From Nanobdellota archaeon (GTDB taxonomy: Archaea; Nanobdellota; Nanobdellia; Parvarchaeales; Parvarchaeaceae), in NCBI GenBank assembly GCA_021807125.1, contig JAKAPK010000002.1, positions 14,120 through 78,119 on the forward strand: 64,000 nt of DNA. Direction: 5' to 3'. The position numbers were made by a program, and so were the translations under genes. The notes under the pieces are model-generated. The model had not been told where the DNA came from and did no database searches. It was given only the letters and a program-made list of their open reading frames with translations. Every line of letters begins with the position of its first letter. The first letter of the stretch is position 1. This document shows positions 49,560 to 58,146 of this stretch, one piece after another.

Positions 49560-49862
49560 TCAGCCTTTTATCTCCTTTAATTTCGACAGATTAGAACTAC
49601 CTGTCTCTTTGTAAAGGGCTATAAGGAGAGATATGAAGGCCGCGCTTTCCAACACGGCTACAACTAATATAATAAGCACGTAGTTCGCGCCATTGTATAA
49701 GTTAAATGACTCGGTTGCGGCTGCGATATTTATCAATGCTGAGTTTATTATGAGTTCGCCACTAACGATAAGTGTTATGCCGTTCCTCCTTGAAAGTATT
49801 CCATAAATCGCTACTGCAAAAACCATGCCCGTAACCAATAAAAAATAATTATAAGGTATCAT
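49560..49862 (-). CDS. nuoK: NuoK
   Basis: 100 aa, 3 TM; GILSRRN, ELIINS, VAVLESA. Confidence 0.9.
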   Translation of the reverse strand: MIPYNYFLLVTGMVFAVAIYGILSRRNGITLIVSGELIINSALINIAAATESFNLYNGANYVLIILVVAVLESAAFISLLIALYKETGSSNLSKLKEIKG

Positions 49863-50391
49863 GTTTGTCCTCCTTTGTTATGAGATATATGGAAGATATT
49901 AAAGTCGCTATCGCAGTAATTGCAAGCAACGCCAGCAAAGGCCCATAATCTATAAATAAGCTGTATCCAAGTCCCGAATAGTTTAGATTAGAAGTTACTG
50001 GGTTCGCCCTGCCGTTATATAAGAGAAATGACAAGAAGGCAAGTATAAGTAACGGTAGTATAAAAATATACTTTTTGTCCTGATACGAAAACTCTCCTTC
50101 GGGCATAAGAAATATTGCTATTGCGAGAAGCACTACTATACCCCCGTTATATATTATCAATTCCGCTAAACTGAGAAATATCGCATTTAGGTAAATAAAA
50201 AACGCTGAAACTACAATAACGAATAAAAATAAAAATAAGATATAATGTACGAGTCTTCTACTCGCCACACACAACATTGATATGACTACTAAAAGCGCTG
50301 AAAGCGCAAAGAAGCCAAGTGTGTATGCATCCATATTATTATTGTCCAAAGGTATCTTATATAATTTTTTTAGTTTACCTACGATATCCAA
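49849..50391 (-). CDS. nuoJ: NuoJ (likely start 50334)
   Basis: LNAIFLSLAELIIYNGGIVVL (NuoJ YxGAI helix), LGYSLFIDY. Confidence 0.85.
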   Translation of the reverse strand: MDIVGKLKKLYKIPLDNNNMDAYTLGFFALSALLVVISMLCVASRRLVHYILFLFLFVIVVSAFFIYLNAIFLSLAELIIYNGGIVVLLAIAIFLMPEGEFSYQDKKYIFILPLLILAFLSFLLYNGRANPVTSNLNYSGLGYSLFIDYGPLLALLAITAIATLISSIYLITKEDKHDTL

Positions 50392-50481
50392 TAAGATAGC
50401 GAGCTTTTGCCAGCGTATGTTAAAATGAGGACTATCTGTAAGTAGAAATATTTAAATACTATACCTCTTCTACAGTTTAAG

Positions 50482-51102
50482 ATGGACTTGAATTTGATTT
50501 TAGAGGATGTCGTTTCAGCACTAAAAAGTGCAAAAAGCACAAGAGACGGCAATTCGCACCCAAATCCATATGCTGGGTTCGCGTCAAAACTAAGGCCTGA
50601 AGAGACGGTATTCTACAAACAACGAGCTATGCACGCAAGATATTTTCAAGGCGGCGAAATAAGTAGCATTGATCTGACCACCTACGCCCTTTCACTAGGC
50701 ATCATGCCGTCCGATAGGATGTTCTATGAGTGTTTCTATTTCAATTTACTGAACCGAATAGTGTCAAAAAGAGAGATATATAAAGGAATTAATAGCCGGG
50801 ATATAAACGAGCAAATACTGCCAAATATAGAAAAAACGATAACAAAAACGGGTATATCTAACATGAATATGCAAGGGTTTCCGGAGGATTGCAACTTTGT
50901 GCATGACATAAAGGAATTCGTAGTCGCTGCATTAACTGGAATTTCTGATGAAAATCAATTCGAAATAACCGGACTTAACGACGGCGCAATACAATGGCTT
51001 TACGAGTATTCAAACACTGAGAAAGAATTAATAGTTAGTATGCGGCACAAAAATAGGGTGCTTTTGAAAGATGGCACGTTACGTGACTTGCCTAAAACGT
51101 GA
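50482..51102 (+). CDS. Hypothetical soluble protein
   Basis: 206-aa ORF filling the gap; TATA-like TTTAAA about 25-30 bp upstream; no recognised motif. Confidence 0.7.
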   Translation: MDLNLILEDVVSALKSAKSTRDGNSHPNPYAGFASKLRPEETVFYKQRAMHARYFQGGEISSIDLTTYALSLGIMPSDRMFYECFYFNLLNRIVSKREIYKGINSRDINEQILPNIEKTITKTGISNMNMQGFPEDCNFVHDIKEFVVAALTGISDENQFEITGLNDGAIQWLYEYSNTEKELIVSMRHKNRVLLKDGTLRDLPKT

Positions 51103-51138
51103 ATTAACTTATTTATTTAGAAAAAGAGGATAAATAAT

Positions 51139-52005
51139 ATGTTTGGCGGACTAGTAAGGGATTATGAGAAGGAGTTCTCAACGGAGAATTTAGAGAACAA
51201 ACACGTATTCTATGACCTGTATTTAAAGACAGATGATGCACAAGACTTAAGGAATGAGGTGTCCGAATCGCTTAGTGATTTAGGTTATAAGACACTTTTA
51301 AATGAAATGACAAAGTTTGACGATCCGGGAATGGAGGAACTTTTCAGAGGGGGAAACGCGAAACCTATTAGAGTGTACCTAAAATCTGCGAAAGACAATT
51401 ACAAGGGCTCAAAGTATCCTGTTCTTTGGAAAACATTTCTAGTCGTTGGCGTTATATTGACAATTGTGGCTGTTATGATATCTGGCAGTTCGGTGTACAA
51501 TCAAATAAAAACATTAAGCTATTCGCCGCCTACACTTTTTATATATGCGACTATTGCATGTTATGCGCTGGCAGTTATATTTTTAGCTGTAAGATTCACA
51601 GTGCCTATGTTTTCATGGATAAAGATAATAGGAGTTTACGATCCGACTGAAGCTAGCTCAAATGTTAGAGTTGTACTTGCAGCGGAATGTCAATTTGCAG
51701 ACAAAGATACCTACGCTAAGTTAGAAAGTGATATGAGTGAACTTTATAGCGAACTATCCAGAAAATACTCTAATAAACTGAAGAAATCAGACTTCAATGA
51801 CAGTGTTACATCTGGACTTTCTATAGGAAGAGGTGCGAATCAAAAACTCCTTTTGCGCTTAAAGGAGGCAGAAAAAGAATCCGCAGACTTAGAAAGAAAC
51901 TTTACCGCGGGTAAAATAAGCGAAAATAAATACGATGAACTTAAAGCATCGATTGATGGTAAAAAAGCACAGCTTGAAGCTTTATTCGATCTTCTTGCGC
52001 CATAG
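51139..52005 (+). CDS. Membrane protein (2 TM) with C-terminal coiled coil and SHOCT-like tail
   Basis: Two hydrophobic helices; GKISENKYDELKA resembles the SHOCT GxIxxxEYxxxK pattern. Confidence 0.7.
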   Translation: MFGGLVRDYEKEFSTENLENKHVFYDLYLKTDDAQDLRNEVSESLSDLGYKTLLNEMTKFDDPGMEELFRGGNAKPIRVYLKSAKDNYKGSKYPVLWKTFLVVGVILTIVAVMISGSSVYNQIKTLSYSPPTLFIYATIACYALAVIFLAVRFTVPMFSWIKIIGVYDPTEASSNVRVVLAAECQFADKDTYAKLESDMSELYSELSRKYSNKLKKSDFNDSVTSGLSIGRGANQKLLLRLKEAEKESADLERNFTAGKISENKYDELKASIDGKKAQLEALFDLLAP

Positions 52006-52094
52006 ACATTACTGTCATAATACTAAACTTTTAACTCTATTTTCGATAGAAAGTTATATAAGCTGTTATCAACCAATAAATATTAGATATCTTT

Positions 52095-52385
52095 ATGCTG
52101 CCTTCGATTATAGACTGTAATTTCTTTAAAAGAGCTTCCCTGATGTTTGATGACAAAAAGGAATCGGCACTCATTTTTAACTTAAAAGATGAAAACGAAT
52201 ACAATTTTGTTTTTAAATGTCCAAAATGTGGCAGCAGTAATGAATTCAAGGAACAATTGAATGTAAAAAAGATTAGAGAAAACGGTAAGAATAAAGAGTT
52301 TATAGTATTCTATTGCAAAAAATGTAAAAATGAATACCATTTGGAAAAACAGAAAAGAATGATGGGTTTGGGAAAAACAAAATAG
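52095..52385 (+). CDS. Small Zn-ribbon protein
   Basis: CPKC...CKKC; 3 bp upstream of the ksgA-like gene. Confidence 0.8.
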   Translation: MLPSIIDCNFFKRASLMFDDKKESALIFNLKDENEYNFVFKCPKCGSSNEFKEQLNVKKIRENGKNKEFIVFYCKKCKNEYHLEKQKRMMGLGKTK

Positions 52386-52388
52386 ACT

Positions 52389-53207
52389 ATGGGTGACATA
52401 AGAGACTTGGCCGTTGCCTTGGTCCGCTCTTACACGTTAACTTCCCCTGAAGAGGAGGGGCAGTATTTTCTAGTAGATGAAGCTATTCTTTCAAAGGAAA
52501 TAGAGGCTGAAGAACTTAATAATAGTGATGTACTGCTGGATATAGGTGCCGGTTTTGGATTCACTCTTGACAGAACGCGCAAGCTGTGTAAATGTATAGC
52601 TATAGAAAAGGACATCAAACTGTATTCTTATCTAATAAACAAGTACGAAACAGACCATAATGTGGAACTAATAAACGATGATGCGACTCGCATAATTTTC
52701 CCTAAATTCAATAAAGTGATAGCTAATTTGCCATATTCGATTACAGACAGGGTATTGATCAAATTGTCCAAGTATGAGTTCGATTTTGGAGTCGGTATAC
52801 TTCCAAATACAATATGTCAGAACCTTCTAGATCCAGAAACTAATAAGAGCAAGTTGGGAATAATATTGAATAACTTCTTTAGTTTTGATTATATAATGGA
52901 TGTTCCACCGAGCGGATTTTATCCTTCACCTCGAGTTACCAGCAAACTGATAAAATTCTCAAAGAAAAAAAAGAATTATATACAGGCTATAATGTCAAAG
53001 GATGAGATGACGCTAAAAAACGCCATATTGAGAACGCATCGTGAGATGTTAGCTTCAACTAAAAATGGCAGTAGGGGTTTGCTTTCAAAAGACCTAGAAA
53101 AAATAGAAGATATAGACAACATGACATTGAGACAACTTGATTATAGAAAGACGAAGTATTTTATAGAATTTATAAAGAACGATATAGGCAAGCATTTTAA
53201 TGCTTAG
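52389..53207 (+). CDS. rsmA: 16S rRNA adenine dimethyltransferase (KsgA/Dim1), divergent
   Basis: GQYFL, DIGAGFG, AIEKD, IANLPYSIT, FYPSPRVTS. Confidence 0.88.
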   Translation: MGDIRDLAVALVRSYTLTSPEEEGQYFLVDEAILSKEIEAEELNNSDVLLDIGAGFGFTLDRTRKLCKCIAIEKDIKLYSYLINKYETDHNVELINDDATRIIFPKFNKVIANLPYSITDRVLIKLSKYEFDFGVGILPNTICQNLLDPETNKSKLGIILNNFFSFDYIMDVPPSGFYPSPRVTSKLIKFSKKKKNYIQAIMSKDEMTLKNAILRTHREMLASTKNGSRGLLSKDLEKIEDIDNMTLRQLDYRKTKYFIEFIKNDIGKHFNA

Positions 53208-56200
53208 AAGCGACCGCATCGGCAGGCATCTTTACACTAACTACATGACTAATCCCTTCTTGATCCATAGTAACTCCATATATTACGTCCGCATTTATTA
53301 GCGTAGTTTCGCTGTGTGATATTATGATAAACTGGGTATCCGAAGCATAAGATTTAACCAAACTAGAAAATTTCGAGGCATTAAGCGGGTCCAAAGCTGC
53401 ATCGACTTCGTCTAGAACGTAGAAAGGCACACTTATGTACTTAGATATTGACATAAGAAGAGATATTGATAGTATTGATTTCTCGCCTCCGCTCAACCCG
53501 TGTAAGCCGCTTATCTTTTTGTTTGGGAGATTTATTTTTATAGTCAATCCGCTTGAGAAGATATCTTCTTTATTCTCAGGTACCAGTTCGGCTTTGCCAC
53601 CAGTAACATATCCATAAACCTTGGCAAATATCTCATTAAGCTGATTTAGTGTCTGCATAAATGCATCTGTTTTTTTCTGGTCTATCTCAGATATAAGTGC
53701 TTCTATCCTTATTTTTTCGTCGGTAAGACTGGAAATCTTTGTATTTATGTCTGTGAACTCTAAAGATAATTTATCATACGTGTCCACTGCGAGTTCGTTT
53801 ATTGGGCCGAATGACTGTAATTTAGTATCTATCTGCTTAAGCTGTTTCTTTAATGAGTCTTGATTTGCATTTTCTTCTAATTTAAGCTGGCTAGTGTCGT
53901 ATTTCTTTACTTCCTCTTCCGCAAGACTTAGTGTAACTTTTATTTGCGCCTGCTCGACTTCTTTCTTATGGATTTCAGACTGAACATCCCCCATATTTGA
54001 GGATATAGATTTTTGCTTGGTTTCTATTTCTGTTATTTGCCCAGAAAGGAAATCGCGCCTATTGCGTAGTTCATCTAGATTTATTCGCTTCTTATCAACT
54101 TCGCTCTTAATTTCCTTAAGATCTTTATCTACTTTGTCTATACGTTTTATCACAATATCTGTCTCATTTGTAAACCTTGTTTTCTCTTTTGCCTCATCTA
54201 TAAGTCTCCTTGAAAGGTTCACCAAGGAAGGATCAAATATATTTTGTATCTTATTAAGAGACGTAGCGTTTGAAACATCTAGCGCTCTTATTTCGGAGTC
54301 CATTGTTTCTATTTGTTTTCCATGATCTAAACGCTCGATGTTCATTGATCTTAGTTTTTTAATCTGATCCTCTAAGACCAAACTTTCTTTTTCAAGATCG
54401 TTTATGTTTTTAGACAGGTCGTTTTCAGAGCCCTTAAATTTTGATATCTCCTGTGATACCTCACGTATGGACTGGCTTATCTCTTTCAGTTTTATTTCTA
54501 TAACATTTAGTGACGTCAAGTACGAACCTAATATCGCGTTCTTATTTTGGAACTCGGATTCTAACCTGGATTTTATTGCAGTGTGTTCCTTCTGTTTGCT
54601 CAGGGACTCATTATATTTCCTACTTATTACAGAAAAACTTATACGCTCGCTTGAACCCCCTGATATAGCCCCGGTCTTTTCAAAAACCGTACCGTCCAAA
54701 GTAACCATGCGATATTTGTTCATAAAACTTTTGGCCTGATCAAAACGTTCTACGAGTATTGTGTCACCAAATACGAATTTCATCGCATTTTTTACGTTGT
54801 CTTCGAATTTTACAAGATGTATTAAATAGTCTATTACACCGTCGTGTTGAGGCTTCTCACTTATCACCGGTGAGATTATGCGATTTATCGGTATAAAGGT
54901 GTATATTCCTAATTTGTCCTTTTTAAGTTTCGATATGCATTCCTGCGCTACCTGCTCAGATTCAACTATAATAAAATCAGACCGCCTTCCGAGCGCACTG
55001 AATATTGCATCGATGTGGGATTTGTTTGGTATAAGAATCAATTCTGATACTGAACCATACACGCCCTTTACGTCTTTTTTGAGTTCTGCGGAAACTCTTG
55101 TTGCCTTATTTACGGCGTATAATGCGTTCCTGTGTGCAGAAAGTTCATCGTTTATTCCATTAATAGATTCTTCTTCTCTTCTAATGCCGTCGCGTAAAAT
55201 ATCAACTTCCTTTTTTAGTTCCGAAAACTGAAGTGTTATTTCTTTATTTTCGCTTTCAGATTTTGACTTCTCTTTGTTAAGTTCGCTTAGTCTAGCCTGC
55301 AATTGTGCTAATTGCGGATAAGCAGAAAGTGCTACTCTTGCTTCGAGTATCTCTTTATTTACCCTTTCATATTCTTTGTTTAAAGAATCAAGTTTTTTGA
55401 AGTGCTCCTGAGAAGAAAGCATCTTACTAACTAACGCTTCTCTCTGATCTTTAAGCCCAGTTAATCGATTGCTGGATATTTTAAATGACTCGTTCTCCTT
55501 TGTTTTTTTGTTAAGAGTATCATTATATTCCGATTTTATCTGGTTTAAAGCCATCTCCAGAGATTCCGATTGACGTTTGTTGTTTTCAAGCACCGATTTT
55601 AGATGAGCAAGCTCTGACTCTAATCCAGTTGCTCTTTTTTCAACGGCTATCAGTTCTTGCTCTCCCTTTGATTCGGCTTCATTGTTTATCTTGTTTAATT
55701 CGGATTTCATGTCTTCCACTTTATTAGAAGCCGCGTTATAATCCTCGGACAGCGATTTGTATCTGCCGTTTATTTCGTTTATCTGCGAGGTGAACGCTTC
55801 ATATTTTTCTTTAGCATTTTTATGCACTAACAGTGCAATTAAAGAGCTTAAACGGATATTTTCATCCTTTAACGACTTGAAATCCAGAGCCCTTTTCTTT
55901 TCTTTATCTAATTCCTCCATCATCGCTTTCTTTTCCTTTCTTAGCATTTCCATTTTTGATATATTTGATGCAACTTTGTCTAGTTCCAGGACTGTTTTAC
56001 CTTTTTTCTCCTCAAAAACGCTTATACCAGATATGTTTTTTATTATCTCTAATTTCTCTTCAGGTGAAGAATCTGCTATTTCGACTATTTTTCCCTGGGG
56101 AATTATATTATACCCGTCTTGTCTCACTTTTACATTGGAAAGAAGATTTATTATTTCTTCGCGTGTCGACGCTTCGCCATTTACCCTAAAAACGCTCTTC

Positions 56201-56526
56201 CCAGTCTTGTCAATCTTTCTGCTTAAGCTAACTTCAGTGTCATATTTCTCCATAGCTTTGTCAGAGTTATCAAAGAACAGTGTGACTTTGGTATATTCTG
56301 CTTCTTTGTGAGTTTTACCGCCGTTAAATATTAAATCTGTTAGCAACTCACTCCTCATCTCTTTTTTTGATAAACCCCCAAAAACGAACATTATTGCGTC
56401 TATTATGTTACTTTTACCAGAACCATTGGCACCCGCTATTGCATTGAAACCTTTTATGAACGACAGCTTCACGTGTCCGCTGAAAGATTTAAAATTATCC
56501 AGCTCTATCTCTTTTATAAATGCCAT
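53197..56526 (-). CDS. smc: Chromosome segregation protein SMC
   Basis: NFKSF, GANGSGKSN, hinge (TLDGTVFEKTGAISGG), LSGGEK, LDEVDAALD, long coiled coils. Confidence 0.97.
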   Translation of the reverse strand: MAFIKEIELDNFKSFSGHVKLSFIKGFNAIAGANGSGKSNIIDAIMFVFGGLSKKEMRSELLTDLIFNGGKTHKEAEYTKVTLFFDNSDKAMEKYDTEVSLSRKIDKTGKSVFRVNGEASTREEIINLLSNVKVRQDGYNIIPQGKIVEIADSSPEEKLEIIKNISGISVFEEKKGKTVLELDKVASNISKMEMLRKEKKAMMEELDKEKKRALDFKSLKDENIRLSSLIALLVHKNAKEKYEAFTSQINEINGRYKSLSEDYNAASNKVEDMKSELNKINNEAESKGEQELIAVEKRATGLESELAHLKSVLENNKRQSESLEMALNQIKSEYNDTLNKKTKENESFKISSNRLTGLKDQREALVSKMLSSQEHFKKLDSLNKEYERVNKEILEARVALSAYPQLAQLQARLSELNKEKSKSESENKEITLQFSELKKEVDILRDGIRREEESINGINDELSAHRNALYAVNKATRVSAELKKDVKGVYGSVSELILIPNKSHIDAIFSALGRRSDFIIVESEQVAQECISKLKKDKLGIYTFIPINRIISPVISEKPQHDGVIDYLIHLVKFEDNVKNAMKFVFGDTILVERFDQAKSFMNKYRMVTLDGTVFEKTGAISGGSSERISFSVISRKYNESLSKQKEHTAIKSRLESEFQNKNAILGSYLTSLNVIEIKLKEISQSIREVSQEISKFKGSENDLSKNINDLEKESLVLEDQIKKLRSMNIERLDHGKQIETMDSEIRALDVSNATSLNKIQNIFDPSLVNLSRRLIDEAKEKTRFTNETDIVIKRIDKVDKDLKEIKSEVDKKRINLDELRNRRDFLSGQITEIETKQKSISSNMGDVQSEIHKKEVEQAQIKVTLSLAEEEVKKYDTSQLKLEENANQDSLKKQLKQIDTKLQSFGPINELAVDTYDKLSLEFTDINTKISSLTDEKIRIEALISEIDQKKTDAFMQTLNQLNEIFAKVYGYVTGGKAELVPENKEDIFSSGLTIKINLPNKKISGLHGLSGGEKSILSISLLMSISKYISVPFYVLDEVDAALDPLNASKFSSLVKSYASDTQFIIISHSETTLINADVIYGVTMDQEGISHVVSVKMPADAVASKH

Positions 56527-56670
56527 AAACAGATATTATTGGTTTTTGATTTATAATATATAATCTAAATCGCTCCTTAAATTATAAAAGTATATACTTC
56601 TATAGTTTTCTGAAGTGCAAGGCTAAATTTACATTAAATTAGGTGTTTATGCTGGCAATCTGGATGGAAT

Positions 56671-57183
56671 ATGATAAGATATGAATTATCAAAAGGTGCA
56701 AAGATACTCTTTATAGGCATAAATCCACATCCTGGTTCATTCAAAAGAGGAGTACCGTTTTCAAACAATAAAACTTTTTGGTATCTGTTGAATTCTGCAG
56801 GGTTAATAGAAGAAGACGCCTCTATATTAAAGGATGACAGAATACTAAAAAAAGTCTACAGTTCAAAATTCGCAAAAAAATATGGATTCAATCTGCTTAA
56901 TATAATTAATCGTCCAAGTATAAATGTCTCTTATCTTAGAAAAGACGAAGAAAATAAAGGTAGAAAGCTTATTTTTAGTTCTATTAAGAAATACAGGCCG
57001 AATATCGTTTGCTTTATAGGAAAGATAACCTTTCAAAAATTCGCTGGAGTTAAACAAGTCCGCTTTGGATGGCAAAAAAGTATATACGAATCAAAAGTCT
57101 TCGTGATGCATTTCCCGATAAGAGGTAAAGCTGAAATAAGAATAAAAGAACTAAAAAAGATGGCCAAAATCGCTAGATTTTAG
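56671..57183 (+). CDS. Uracil-DNA glycosylase superfamily, Mug/TDG-like
   Basis: ILFIGINP motif, NKTFWYLL, IVCFIGK. Confidence 0.85.
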   Translation: MIRYELSKGAKILFIGINPHPGSFKRGVPFSNNKTFWYLLNSAGLIEEDASILKDDRILKKVYSSKFAKKYGFNLLNIINRPSINVSYLRKDEENKGRKLIFSSIKKYRPNIVCFIGKITFQKFAGVKQVRFGWQKSIYESKVFVMHFPIRGKAEIRIKELKKMAKIARF

Positions 57184-57205
57184 CGATAGGTCAACCAATT
57201 CAGAA

Positions 57206-58006
57206 TTAGCCTTGGTGGGTATGAGCAGCTGCGATGTTTTTAAACTTTTCTGCTATGTACGGCCCTTTTATGTTTATCACAACCTCACTGCTTGGGTGCG
57301 TTTCTTTTTCGTTTTGCGTGAAGACAAACACTTCATTTTTGTCTACGATTATGAATCTGCCAATATCAAGGTTAAGTTTATTAAATTTTCCTATCTGTTT
57401 TATATCAGACGAAATTTCCTCTGTAAGATTCTCAATCGGCGCCATAACATGTATTGCTACACCTTTTGATTTTGCGTGCTTTAATGCACGATTAAGAGCT
57501 CTTAACTTGCTTGATAAGGCATTTGCAGTGGTTACAAGCAATACTTCATCTTTAGCTTCCTTTATGCTTTTCTTGATTCTGAACATAGCAGAGTTCATGC
57601 CTTGGTATGAAGTTACTACGTGCTCTTCCTTTACGTACTTTATACCTCTGCTATAAAGTTCTTGAAGGTCCTTAAGAACAGAACTTCCTTTTAGTTTTGA
57701 AAGCTTGTCAAGCTTAATATCAAGATCTTCTTTAGCTTTTTCTTCTAATTTTTCAATCAGCTCGGATGGGGCTATTGCTCTATATGCTATTGGTTTTCCC
57801 ACATCACGTACTATAAACCCCGCGCCTTCTAAAGAAGCGAGTATATCATAGGATCTGGACTTAGGGATATTTGCTATTTCGCTCAATCTACCGGTTGTAG
57901 ATTTGCCCTGAGACAGAAGTGCGAGCCAAACTTTAGCCTCGTACAAGTTAAGTCCAAACAGCCTTCTTATCTTAGCCACATAATCTTCGCCTAAATTCAA
58001 TGCCAT
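57206..58006 (-). CDS. trmB: TrmB-family transcriptional regulator
   Basis: FGLNLYEAKVWLALL...IPKSRSYDILASL wHTH and effector domain (RFIIVDKNEV); GGAGG at 58011-58015. Confidence 0.93.
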   Translation of the reverse strand: MALNLGEDYVAKIRRLFGLNLYEAKVWLALLSQGKSTTGRLSEIANIPKSRSYDILASLEGAGFIVRDVGKPIAYRAIAPSELIEKLEEKAKEDLDIKLDKLSKLKGSSVLKDLQELYSRGIKYVKEEHVVTSYQGMNSAMFRIKKSIKEAKDEVLLVTTANALSSKLRALNRALKHAKSKGVAIHVMAPIENLTEEISSDIKQIGKFNKLNLDIGRFIIVDKNEVFVFTQNEKETHPSSEVVINIKGPYIAEKFKNIAAAHTHQG

Positions 58007-58146
58007 ACTTCCTCCAAAATTTACCCTACTTAAAAGTAGTATACATTCTACATATCATCTTAAGTATTTAAAGTTTACACTAGTACTAGAACCAACTATT
58101 TATTAGTATACGTTGCCATATATAAAAGCATTGTGCAATTGAATTT
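58007..58146. promoter_or_regulatory. Divergent trmB/MMPL promoter with palindromes
   Basis: CTACTT-AA-AAGTAG (58026-58039), CTAGTACTAG (58080-58089), ACTA-N5-TAGT (58095-58107). Confidence 0.55.
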
